From: Parvularia atlantis
Lineage: Eukaryota
Direction of reading: 5' to 3'
NCBI GenBank assembly: GCA_943704415.1
Contig: CALSCO010000583.1
Location: forward strand, 1 to 37,832
DNA length: 37,832 nt
Below are positions 1-11,302 of the stretch, piece after piece. Positions within the stretch are counted from its first letter, which is position 1. Each line of letters opens with the position of its first letter. The position numbers and the translations under genes are program-made. Under the pieces are notes generated by a model. The model was not told the DNA's origin, did not search any database, and saw only the letters and a list, made by a program, of their open reading frames with translations.

Positions 1-31
<31 letters not shown>

Positions 32-47
32 CTGACGCGCGGCGCAG

Positions 48-1763
48 ATGATCGTGTGCCCGCTGTTTGCGGCGCTGCCGCCGTCGCTGCAGGTGCGCGT
101 GTTTGAGCCGACGCCGCCGGGCATGCGCAAGGTCATTCTGGCGACCAACGTGGCCGAGACGTCGGTGACGATCAACGGCATCGTGTGCGTGCGCGTGTGT
201 ACGGCCGCAGCGCTGTTGACACGGCACCGCAGCCACGTCGTCGACTGCGGGCACGTCAAGGAGCGCACGTTCAACCCGCGCACGGGCATGGAGTCGCTCC
301 AGGTGCACCCGGTCAGCAAGGCGGCCGCGCGGCAGCGCAGCGGGCGCGCCGGGCGCGAGGTGCGGCGCGCTGCCGTGCGACGGGCCATGCTGACAGACCG
401 CAGACGTCGGGCAACTGCTTCCGACTGTACACCGAGCACGTGTTCCACGAGCTGCAGGAGACGGCCGTGCCGGGTGTGCGGACGCACGGTCGGCGCGGCT
501 GTGCTGAGCACACGCGGCACGTGCGCGCAGAGATCCAGCGGTGCAGCTTGGCGTCGGTGGTGCTGATGCTCAAGGCCAACAAGGCGCGTCGGGCGTGCGG
601 CTGCCTGGCGCGGCGCAGCTGACACGTGCGCTTCAGGTCGACGACGTGCTCAAGTTTGACTACCTCGACCCGCCGCCGCGCGAGTCTGGTGCGCTGCGCA
701 CCAAGTGTGCCAGAAGGCGAGCGCTGAGCCGGTTGCGCCCAGTGATCAAAGCAATCGAGGACCTGCTCGCGCTCGGGGCGATGGACACGGACGGCGCGCT
801 CACGGCGCTCGGTGTGCGCAAGACAGGCGCTCGCCGTGCACCAGCTGACGCATCGACAGGGACCGCGATGGCCGACTTTCCGATCGAGCCGCGGTACGCC
901 AAGGCGCTGCTGGCGTCGAAGGTGCGCACGGACGGGCGGGCGCGGCCGCGCTGACGGAGGGTTGCAGACGCTGCAGTGCTCGGAGGAGATGGTGTCTCTG
1001 ATCGCGCTGCTGAGCGTCGACACCGTGTTCTACTCGCCGCGCGACGACCGCGAGCGCGCCGAGGGCGTCAAGCGGCGGTTCAGCAGCAGCCTTGGTGTGC
1101 GCGGCGTGTCACGCGCGCGGTTTGTGCTGATGGCCTGGCACAGGCGACCATTGGACGCTGCTCAACGTGATGCGCGCGTACCTGGAGGCGCGGCGCGACG
1201 GGTCGTGGTGCCGCGCCAACTACGTCAACGCGCGCGCGATGAAGGAGGTCATGGTGCGTGCGGCCCGCGTGCGTGCGCCTGTGTGACCCCCGCTTACCCG
1301 CTCGCAGAAAGTGCGCGAGCAGCTCGTCGGCTTTTGCGCGCGGCACGGCATCAGCTTGGTGTCGTGCGGCGATGACCGCGATCGCCTGCTCAAGTGCCTG
1401 CTGACGGGCTTCTTCCGCAACACGGCCATGCGCCAGAGCGACGGCGCGTACAAGGTCGTCGACACGCAGGAGGTGCGCCGTCCGCGCGCGTGCTCTGCTT
1501 GGCTGACGCCGCGGCGCGCAGACGGCGCATATCCACCCGGCGTCGGTGCTGGCGCGCGGCAAGCCGGGCATCATCGTGTTTGACGAGCTGGTGCGGGCGC
1601 GCGTGCCTGAGGGCGGCAATGACGGCTCATGCACGGCGCACGTGCGCAGGTCATGACGACGAGGCCGTACGTGCGCTGCGTGAGCGTGATCGAGGGCAGC
1701 TGGCTCTCCGAGGCCGCGCCGGGCTGGTTCAGCAAGGCGGGTACGACACGCGGGTGGCGCTAG
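48..1763 (+). CDS. DHX33: DEAH-box RNA helicase, C-terminal part (DHX33/Dhr2-like); 5' end outside the window; about 10 introns
   Basis: Spliced translation gives [19 protein letters not shown] (motif V), QRSGRAGRE (motif VI), [22 protein letters not shown]2 region [24 protein letters not shown] and OB-fold HIHPASVL...[17 protein letters not shown]. Stop TAG 1761-1763 (alternative end 1843). The subfamily call rests on RAGRE and overall resemblance. Confidence 0.85.
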
Positions 1764-1875
1764 ACGCGCTGGTGCGTGGCACACGTGCGTGCGTGGCGAG
1801 CGGCAGGGACGGCTCATGCGCGGCACGCGCGCAGACCGTGTGAGGCCCAAACTAAGCAAAGTTACGATTGTACAC

Positions 1876-3588
1876 TTAGGCCTCATCGGCGTGGTCGACG
1901 ACAGACAGCTCGAGCGACTGGCCGTGGGCGTTGTCTGTGGACGCGAGGCCGACGCCCGCGAAAGACGACCTGCAACGCGCGCTTTGAGCACGGGCGCGCA
2001 TGGTGGTAGTGCACACGCACTTGGGCTGCGAGGTCGTGTTCTTGTCGTCGGTGCCGCTGACGCCGGACGTGTGCACGCGCAGGGCGCCGTAGAAGCGTCT
2101 GGGATGCTCGTCAGTGGGCGCGGTGGGGTGCACCAAGCGGCAGGCACGCACAGGACCCAGTACAAGGCGCTGACGAAGACGCCTGCGGCGCGCTCGCGTG
2201 AGCGACAGGCACTGAGCGAGCGTAAAGCGCGCGCACCGAGCGAAGACGGCGTGACGAGCTCGAGCACCGACAGCGTCTTGGCGCCAGGGACGTTGCTGTA
2301 AAAGTCATAGTAGTCGGCGCTGAGGAAGACGAAGAGGGCAAAGGCGATCATGGAGAGCGGGAGCCAGAGCAGGTTGATGTTGATCTGCGAGGCGTGCGCA
2401 TGAGCGGAACGGGCGGCGGTGTGCGGGCGTGTGCGGACGATGAGGAGCATCATGCGGTTCTGCGTGTGGCGCGAGCAAGGTCAGCGTTTCGTCGGCGAGC
2501 GGCACGTGCGGCGGCGCACGTTGGTCGGCAGGTGCTTGACGATGACCTTCTTGCGGATGATGCGCACGAGGCCCGCGCCGGCCCAGACCTGGCTGAGGAA
2601 CAGCGCGAGCATGCTGATCGCTGGCGGCGATGGTGGCGGGCTGTCAGACGCCGAGCGCAGCGGTGGGTGCGCGCACTCACCGACGCAGTTGTACAGCGCC
2701 AGGTACAGGCTCGTCTCGGTGTCGGACATGCCGCGGTCGTGCGCGGCGCCGATGGCGGCGGCCATGGCGAGGAAAAAGGCGGGCACGAGCGCCATGCTAA
2801 CGATCCACAGACGCACGTGCAGCTGGATCGAGCCTTGGTCGATCACGAGGCGTGAGCGGCGGCGCAGGCGGTGCGATGCGCCGTGCGCGTACCGGGCCGC
2901 CGCATCCAGAACGCCTCGTGCTCGTCGGTCGCGAGCAGCTCGCCGTCGCCGGGCAGGGCGCGGAAGGACGCGTGGATGAACGTAACAAAGGCAAGGAAGT
3001 AGAGCGTGTACGGCAGGATGAACATGACCTCGCGCTGGACGTGCGACGTGTACGCGTCAAAGGCGACGAGGAAGGCGTGCACGGCGAAGACTGCGCGCGG
3101 CGCGCGTGTTGGCGGCGGCTAGGCGCGCGTCTGGGCGGCGGCACGCACACGCCGAGCCGAAGATGAGCTGCAGCGACGCGACCTCAATCCCGTTCGGCTG
3201 CCCTTTGCTGTTGAAGAAGCGCGCGCCGGTCTGGCGGGGCGGTCAGCACCAGTGCGGCGCAGTGCAAGGCGGCAGCGCACAGTGCTCATGCGGTCGACCA
3301 GGCCCGGCGCGAGCAGCACCACGGTGGCGATGGCGAGGCTGGCGCCGACGAGCCAGACGGTGCGGAACCTGCGACGCGGACGCGACGCAGGCGCGACGCG
3401 GCGTTTCAGGCTGCGTGCGGCACGGCGGCGGCACGCACCAGTCGCCGTCGACGCAGCCGACGACCGTGACGCGCCTGTGGGGGCGGGGGGCGCGCGTTGG
3501 GGGTCGCGGGTGTGCGCGCGCGCAAGGGCGGCGCGCACCAGTCGCAGAAGGGCACGCCGCCTGCGGGGTTGAGCAGCTGCGCGCGCAT
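1876..3588 (-). CDS. Orphan seven-transmembrane (GPCR-like topology) membrane protein; about 10 introns
   Basis: Splicing gives MRAQLLNPAGGVPFCDWRVTVVGCVDGDWFRTVW..., then seven hydrophobic segments (e.g. VMFILPYTLYFLAFVTFIHASF, LWIVSMALVPAFFLAMAAAIGAA, LLWLPLSMIAFALFVFL) and a Ser/Thr-rich tail ending at TAA 1876-1878. Confidence 0.75.
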
Positions 3589-3709
3589 GGTCTGTGCAGT
3601 GCTGGTTGCGCGTCAGCCCGCACACGGCGTCTTGCAGCGCGGCAACGAGGTCGAGGCGCGCGCGCAAAAGTCTTTCTCCGCAGTGTCGCGCAGCAAGCAA
3701 ACACACACA

Positions 3710-5672
3710 TCAACAACACAGCTTGAGAAGGTCGGCGAGGGACAGGCGCGGGCGATCGGCGGGCAGCACGCCGACCGCGAGGGCTACGCCGGCGGCGGAC
3801 GCCTCGGCGCGCGTTGCAAAGCCGGACGGGAACACGGGCGCGTCCCAGCGCGATCTGGCGGTGCAGCGCAGGCGCGCCGGTCCGATCGTCGCCGTGGGCG
3901 CGTCGACGGGGCCCTTAAGGTCGTCGTCGATCGCGAGCGTGACGGGCGCGAAGCCGTGGTGGCGCGTGTGCAGCACGAAGAGCAGCGTGCGCGGCGGGAT
4001 GACGGCGTGCGGCGCGAGCTCGACGTCGCTGATGACGCACTCGGCGCCGATGCGGCAGTGCGCGCCGACCGAGCAACGCTCGAGCACCGTCCGAGCGCCG
4101 ATCTGCACTGACGCCGCGTTCGCAAACGTGCACGCCATCGCCGCCACGCGCTCGCACGCCGGCGCGGGCGACACGGCCGGCACAAGCCGCTGCAGCCCGA
4201 GTTCGGCGGCGAAGACGTCGTCGTTGCACAGGTGGTGCAGGTACTCGTCGACTGTGCCAAGGTGGTAGAACCTGCCGCGGCGGCGTGACGGTGAGCACGC
4301 TTGTGCGACGGGTGAGAGGGTGCGCTCACTTGGACGTGTTGAGCACGAGCGCGTGCAGCGGCGTCCCGTGCAGCTGCGCGAAGAGCTCGCGGCGCACGGC
4401 GTCGGTCGCGTAGCCGTCGTCAGTGTCGCGCCCGAGCGCCTGCAGAAGGTCGCCGTAGGCGTCGATCTCGTCGCGCAGCGGACCGAGCGTCTCGGCGATC
4501 TGCGACCGTGTCGATCAGCTGGCGGCGGTGCGCAACACGGGCTCAGCTCGCACCTGCACGAGCCGGTGCGCCGTCGCGCGGTCGAAGAAGAAGACGCTGT
4601 CGGTGTAGACGCGGCCGTCGGGCAGCACGGCGCCGTGTGTGTGCATCGCCTGTGCGCGCGGTTTGTGCAGGAAGCGCCGGACCGGCACGACGCCGTCCTC
4701 GGCCGTGTCGAGGCAGAACACGCCGTGCGTCTCGCCTGTGAGTCGGCGTGAGCACAATGTGTGTGCGCGCGCGTCGTGCGCACCGATGGCCAGCGGGCTC
4801 GGGTGCGCCAGCGCCACAAAGCCCGGCCGGTCCAGGTCGAGCCGGTCAAAGTCTGCCGGCACGGTCAGCGCTCGCACACGGACGGCGGCGTGCAGCCAAA
4901 CCGGCGACGTGGAACAGCTCGATGTCGTCGGCGCAGGTCACAAAGACGCTCTGCGCGCGCGTGTGAGCGCAGGCGGCAAGATGCACACGGCGAGCGCGCA
5001 CCCCGGGGCGCATGCGTGCCGGGAAGCGCGCGTACATGACCAGCTTGAGCTCGAGCATGTCGGCGGGCCCGTCGTCGCTGATCGCTGGCATGGGGCTGAG
5101 CTTGTGCGCGCGCGCGTTGTGTGCCGTTGCGCGCACCGAGCGGCAGCGTCGTGAAGATCTTGCCGACGGCGCTGACGTGCGGCAGGCGCTTGCTGAAGCC
5201 GCCGGCGAGTACGAGCAGGATGCGCGCTGGGGGGAGCGCCCACGCTGAGTCAGATGGGGCGGATGGCGTCGGCGCGGCACGGCACCGTTGTCGAGCGACG
5301 TCGCGTCGCGCGTGCGCACGAGATGCTGCAGCGTAAGCAGCGTGCACCCGCCGTTGCCGACCTTGGGCCCGGGCGGGTCGGCGAGCACGACATACTCGAT
5401 CGCGGCCGGGATGCGCCGCGTGCGCCGCCGCGCCTCGATCTGCGCCGTGTACGCAGCCGCCTACAGCGCGGGGTTGGCCGCCGGGCGCAACGTGGGCGGC
5501 GCGTGCCTGGGCCTCGTCGCCCGCCGTGAGCACGACGACATCCCATCGCGGCGCCTTCGCGTCGTCCGCGAGCCACCGGCGGTACGTGCGCAGGTTGGCC
5601 TGCGTCCAGCCGTGAGGTGATGTGCGCGTGCATTGGCGGTTGGTCGCTAACCTCGTGTGCAGATCGCAGCAT
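3710..5672 (-). CDS. FPGT: Fucose-1-phosphate guanylyltransferase (GDP-L-fucose pyrophosphorylase, salvage pathway)
   Basis: Motifs WDVVVLTAGDEAQ, VLADPPGPKVGNGGCTL, ILLVLAGGFSKRLPHVSAVGKIFTTLP, VFVTCADDIELF, HGVFCLD, RFLHKP, FYHLGTVDEYL and a left-handed beta-helix-like stretch (IGARTVLERCSVGAHCRIGAECVISDV). ATG 5672 joins in frame across a GT-AG intron. Confidence 0.85.
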
Positions 5673-5721
5673 TGCACTTTGGTCACACGCGAAAACCACA
5701 GACTGCACAGTGCACACACGG

Positions 5722-7119
5722 TCACTCGTCGCCCTGCTTCTGCTGCGCGTTCAGGTACGCTGCGGGCGGACGAGGCAAGTCAGCGTGCACGCGCGCGACG
5801 CACAGACACGCACCGATGTAGTCGTCGTACTGCAGGCGCATCTGCGTCCGGTTGACCGCCTGCGAGCGCAGCCGCCCGTCCTCGAGGTACAGGCAGCGGT
5901 CGGCGTAGCACTCGATGTCGGGGTTGTGTGTGACCATCATGCACGTCGTCTTGCGCTCGAGATTGATCTGGCGCACGGGTGGCGCGTAAGCGATCGGCCG
6001 TCGGAGCGCAGATGTTGGCGCGCGTGCCTTGAGCAGCAGGTCCATGATGTCGATCGTGTTGCGCGTGTCGAGATCGCCCGTCGGCTCGTCCAGCAGGAGG
6101 ATCTCGGGTTCATTTGCGAGCGCGCGTGCAATTGTGCTGCGGTGCGCATCGCGTCAGCGCCGGGCGCGCGTGTCACCGTGGGAGTGCAGCGTACACGCGC
6201 TGCTGCTCGCCGCCAGACAATTCGGACGGCTACGCGCGCGTTTGTGCGTCAGTCGCGCACCGGTTGGTCCAGCGAGGCGACGCGCACCAGGTGCTCGACG
6301 CGGTCGCGCAGGCCGACGACTAGGCGCGGAGCTAGTCAGCACTGGCTCTACGTGCAGACAACGCACGCACGGCGCAGCAGCTCGAGCGTGCGCTTCTTGC
6401 GCTCGCTCGCGCTGAGCTTGCCCAGGATCGTCATCGGCAGCTCGACGTTCTCGTACGCGGACAGGTTGGCGAGCAGGTTGAACGTCTGGAAGACGAAGCC
6501 TGGGTGGAGCGCCGCACGCGTCAAGTGTCTGAGCCATGCCGGCGCACACGTGCCTATCCGTCGCAGGCGCAGGTCAGCGAGGTACGCGTCGGTCGAGTTG
6601 TCGTCAACGACCTCGCCGAGCAGCTCGACCTGCGCGTGCGCTCGGTGAGCACGACGGACGCGAGTGCGCGTGGGGAGGGTGTACGTGCCTTGCCGGTCGT
6701 GGCGCGGTCGATGGTGCCGAGCACGTTGAGCAGGCTCGTCTTGCCGCCGCCCGACGGCCCGCGCAGCATCACAAACTCGCCGCTGTTAAACGCACGCGTC
6801 GGCACCCGGAGCGACACGCTCGCGCGCGTGCCACGCACCGGCGGATGGGGTAGAACTCCGAGTCGGGCGCGAGGTGGATGTCGCTCAGCGCCCGCACCGA
6901 GTCGTCGCGTCCGGCGATCTTGTAGGCTGTGGACACGTCAGCCCGGGTTCGCGCGTGTGGCGCGTGCGCCGTTCGCGTGCGCGCACTCTTGGACAGGTGG
7001 TACACGCTGATGACGGGCGCGCCCAGCTGCTTGCGCGCGGCCAGCTCGCGCACCTCGGCCGGCAGGCGCGCGGTCCACGCGCCCTCGCCGGTCGCGTGCA
7101 CAGCCTCGAGCGCGGCCAT
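5722..7119 (-). CDS. Stand-alone ABC ATP-binding protein of LolD/MacB/FtsE type (no transmembrane domain); 8 introns
   Basis: Walker A GPSGGGKT, Q-loop IGFVFQTFNLL, signature LSGGEQQRV, Walker B/D-loop ILLLDEPTGDLD, H-loop MVTHN; TGA 5722-5724. Confidence 0.9.
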
Positions 7120-7173
7120 GCTTTGGCAATGCTTCAGCGGTGCAAAACAGACGTGGCCGCGTGTCATACTTTG

Positions 7174-7181
7174 TTTCGCGC
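7174..7181 (+). promoter_or_regulatory. Candidate E2F-type site TTTCGCGC in the 72-nt divergent spacer between the ABC gene and CHK1
   Basis: Exact match to the TTTSSCGC consensus, 10 nt upstream of the CHK1 ATG. The motif is short and could be chance. Confidence 0.3.
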
Positions 7182-7191
7182 TGCCGTTACG

Positions 7192-9683
7192 ATGCTGTCG
7201 CCGCTGCGCGCGAGCGACGCGCCGGTGCGCGACGGGCCGTGACCGCGGCTGCGGCTGCGGCTGCGGCTCCTGACGTCGCGTGCGCAGAACCCGACGATGC
7301 TCGGCTCGCCCTCGCGCACGCTGTTCAACAAGCCCGTCGGCGGCAAGTATCTGCTCAAGGTCCGTGGCACGCGCGAAGGTGGCGCTGTGCTGAGCGGGCC
7401 GGCGCGTGGCAGGAGACGATCGGGCAGGGCGCGTACGGCAAGGTCAAGCTGGCGCTGACGACCAAGACGTCGACGTATGTGGCGATCAAGATCCTGCCGC
7501 GGTCGCCGCGGACGCAGCAGATCGTGCGCAAGGAGCTCAACATCCTCGGCGCGCTCAAGCACCGCAACATCGTGCGGTTCATCGAGAGCCTGGACGACGA
7601 GCACAACACGTACATCGTGATGGAGCACTCGACCGGCGGCGAGCTCTTTGACAAGGTCGAGCCCGACCACGGCGTCGCGCCCGAGCTCGCCCACTTTTAC
7701 TTTCGCCAGCTCATCAGTGCCGTGGTGCGTGTTGGGAGGGCGGTGCTGTGCGTGGGCGAGTGGGTCTGTGGTTTCCGTGGGCGGCTGGTTGTCGTGGATG
7801 TGGTGTGTGCGTGGGTGTGCTTGTGGTTGGTCTGCGGGGCGGGGACTGCGGCTTTCGCACGCACGCGCGCACGCACACCGCACCCCGTCCTCAGGCAAAC
7901 GCCGACGCTGCCCTCGCTCGCAGAAGTACCTGCACTCGAAAGGCGTGTGCCACCGCGACCTGAAACCCGAAAACATCCTCCTGGACGAGTACGGTGCGTG
8001 CGTGCGGCTGGCGGTGTGCGTGGGGCGGCTGACCAGCGAGACAGGGTCTCTGCAGATCGCCGACTTTGGCTGCGCGTCCGTCTTCCGCTTCAAGAACCAG
8101 GAGAAGGCGCTGACGGACTTAGTGGGCTCGGCGCCGTACATCGCGCCCGAGGTGCGCGCGGTCGTGCGTGTGTGTGTGTGTGTGTGCGCGTACGTGCGTC
8201 TGACGTGTTGCGCGCGCGCGACGACCTCAGCTGCGACGGCCGCCGTACATCGCGCAGCCGGTCGACCTGTGGTCGTGCGGGATCATCCTCTACGTGCTGC
8301 TCGCGGGCAGTGCGTCGCGCGCGTGCGTGAGTGCGCTGCAGTGCGGCTGAGCACACACACGGCCTAGATACGCCGTGGGACGAGGCCACCGAGCACAGCC
8401 AGGAGTTTCGGATGTACCTCGACGGCTCGCTGCTGCTGTACCAGCCGTGGACCGACCACCCACAGATCCTGCGTGCGTCGTGCGCCGGGTTCTGTGCGCT
8501 GCTGCTGCTGACGGCACGTGATGCACGCAGCACTGCTCCGGGGCCTGCTCACGGTCGACCCGTCCGAGCGGTACACGATCGTGGACGTCGAGGCCGATCC
8601 GTGGTTCAGCGCGTACGTGCACACGCGCTTTCGCTGGCTGGTGCTGACCGCTCGCCGGCGTGCAGACACGACGCGCTGCTGGCCGCTGGTGCGCGCGCGT
8701 GCGTGCGCGAAGGTTTGTCCGGGTCTGAGTACGCCGCGCGCAGTCGAGCGGCGGGAGACGCAGGCGGCGACGCAGCTCATCGAGAAGGTTGCGCTCGGGC
8801 TGGCGCGGCCGTACCAGTGCGTGCTCTGTGCGCGCGTTCGCGTTGCGGGCGCTGACGTTGAGCGTGTGTGTGTGTGTGTGTGTGGCAGGCGCCTGGTCGA
8901 GGGCTGCTCGCAGCACACGGTCGGCAACCCGTTCTTGATCGACGCCGCGGCGCACCAGCGCATCACGTCGTTCTCGCAGCCGACGCCGCACGCGGTCGCG
9001 GGGTCGTTCATGGCGTCGAGCTCGTTTGTGGCGTCGGGCTCGTTTGTGGCGTCGCAACGCACGAGCGCGCCGTCCAACATGGGCGAGCTCGCGGTCAAGC
9101 TCAAGCGGTTCTACGTCAGCAGCCCCAAGTTTGCCGTCGTCAAGCGCATCTCGGACGTGCTTGAGAGCGCGCAGTACGCCCACGAGACGCACATGAGCAC
9201 CTCCAAGGTACCCACTCAGCTGGCGTGGCTTGTTGCGGTTGGGCTGGTGCGGTTGGGCTGGTGTGCTTGGCGTGGCTTGGCTTCATGCGTTTGGGCAGGT
9301 CATGGCTGGGTGGAACGCACGCACGCACCGCTCGCGCACGCATGCGCACCGCTCGCAAGCACGCCACCAACCGCAACACGACGCGCGCAGATCAACATCA
9401 GCACGAGCGACAAGCGCAAGTGCCCCGTCGTGGGCATGATCTCGGTCGACGCGTTCAAAGCGCAGGGCACGCACATCTGCCTCGTCGTGTTCCGGCGCAA
9501 GCGCGTGCGTTGCGACTGCGGACCGCGCAGCCAGCACGCTGACGCGCGCCCACACAGGGCGACCCGATCGAGTTTATGCGCATCTTCTTCCACGTGGCCC
9601 GCGCGCTCAGCGACATCTTCGTGCCCGAGCCCACCCTGGTCGAGCTGGCCGAGCCCGTGCGTGAGGCATTCACAATGGGCTGA
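7192..9683 (+). CDS. CHK1: Checkpoint kinase 1 (Ser/Thr kinase with C-terminal KA1-like regulatory domain)
   Basis: IGQGAYGKV, VAIK, GELFDKVEPDHGV...AHFYFRQLISAV, HRDLKPENILLD, ADFG, GSAPYIAPE, DLWSCGIILY, GNTPWDE; SQ site SFSQP; Chk1 C-terminal motifs KLKRFYV, ISTSDKRKCPVVG, FRRKRGDPIEFMRIF. The exact stop (9681-9683) is slightly uncertain. Confidence 0.9.
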
Positions 9684-9729
9684 GAGCGAGTTGTACAGAC
9701 AAGCCAGAGGGGCAGGCGCTGTTCACTGT

Positions 9730-10604
9730 TCACGGGCGCGAGCCAGACGAAAACACCGGAGACGCGAGGCCTGCGGTGCCGTGCACGGGCCCGGCGAGGT
9801 GCCCCCTGCCGTTGGCGGTGGTGGGCGAGGTCGAGTTGGACGGCGGGCCGGAGAGCATGGTGGCGTAGTCCATCATCGCGGCGGCCGAGGCGCCGGCGTA
9901 GTCGCGCTCGCGGTGCAGGCGCGCGTCGGCCATCTCGCGGCGCAGGCGCTTGAGCTCGCGCGTGACCTCCTTGTTGCGCACGGTGAGGATCTTGACCTTG
10001 TGCTCGAGCTCGATCACGTACTCCTTCTTCTTCTCGCGGCTGCGGCGCGCGGCGATGCGGTTGCGCTCCTGGCGCTTGAGCTGCGGGCCGGTCTTCTCGC
10101 CCGTGCCGATCGCGCCGCCGCCGTCGAGGCCGCCGTACGCGCTGAGACCGTCCGTGGGCGAGAGCACGGCCGAGTCGTCGAGCGGCGAGGGGATCATGAG
10201 GTCGTCCACGCCGACGTACGTGCCCTGGTGAAGGTGGTGGTGCTCGAGCTTGACGGCCTGCGGCGGCGACGCCGCGAACCCGTCGACGCTCTGGCCCTCC
10301 TCGCCGATGCTGCCGCTGGCCGCGTGCTCGGCATCCTGCAGCTGCTGGTGCCACGCGGGCGTCTGGGCAAAGGCGCGCTGCTGCTGCTGGTGGTGCTGCT
10401 GCTGCTGGTAGTGCTGCTGGTGTTGGTGCTGCTGGTGTTGGTGCTGCTGGTGCTGGTGCTGGTGCGCGGCGAGGTGGCCGCGGCGGTCGTGGTCGTGGTG
10501 GCTGTGCTGGTGCCGATGCGTGTGGTGCGGCTCGTGCGGCTGCGTGGGCGACTGCAGGCGCACGAGGTCCAGCGACCGGTTCAGGGCCTCCTCGGTCGGC
10601 GTCA

Positions 10605-10647
<43 letters not shown>

Positions 10648-10998
10648 GGCCTCGTGCTGCTCGCGCGCCGCCGCGGCCTCGTCCGCGCTGGTGACGTTGA
10701 CGGTGACCAGGAACGTCTGGTTGTCGACGTTGAGCATGTAGGCCTCGCCGTTGCTGCTGCTGCCGCCGCCGCCGCCGCCGCCCGGCAGCGTGCCGCCCGC
10801 GCTCGTCACGACGCTGTTGAGGCCGCTGCAGCCGCCGCCGCCGTTGTAGGCCAGGCCAAGCAGCTTGTTTGGGGTGATGCTGACCTCGTTGCTGTCCACG
10901 CCAAACAGGCTGAAGCCGTCCAGGCCGCGCCGCAGGTCGAGCGCGGCGGGGCGCGCGCCCGCAGCGACGTCGCCGCCGCGGCTGCTGGCGAAAGACAT
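9730..10998 (-). CDS. bZIP transcription factor with polyQ and Q/H-rich low-complexity region; apparently intronless
   Basis: Basic region and zipper KRQERNRIAARRSREKKKEYVIELEHKVKILTVRNKEVTRELKRL within a 422-aa uninterrupted ORF. Confidence 0.88.
10378..10646. repeat. CTG/CAG-type trinucleotide tracts encoding polyQ and Q/H repeats of the bZIP protein
   Basis: Visible (ctg)n and (gtgctgctg)n runs at about 10378-10463 and 10607-10646. Confidence 0.9.
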
Positions 10999-11302
10999 GG
11001 AGGGGAGGGGAGCGAGGGCGGGCTGTTGGCGAGGAACGCGACCGGCGCGACGTGGCGCAGGCGGGTGATGCGGATTCAGCGGTCCCCGCGGCCTATATGG
11101 CGGGGCCGGGCGCCGAGCGGGGGCGCGGGGGGGCCGCCGCCGCCGGCGCGCGCGGCGGCTTTAGGAGGCGGCCGTTCCCACGGGCTTGTGTCGCAGGCGC
11201 GTCTCAGGTCGCACGCCCCGATCTCGTGTGCAGAAAGTCTACACGCCTCCTCTCTCTCTCTCTCTTGCTCGCTTCGCTCTCTTGGCCCGATCTCGGCCGG
11301 TC

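Noticed and set aside
1..31. Poly-G run (also about 36024-36039) as a G-quadruplex or telomere-like element
   Set aside because: Both runs lie inside introns next to branch points. Homopolymer length is unreliable and may be an assembly artefact.
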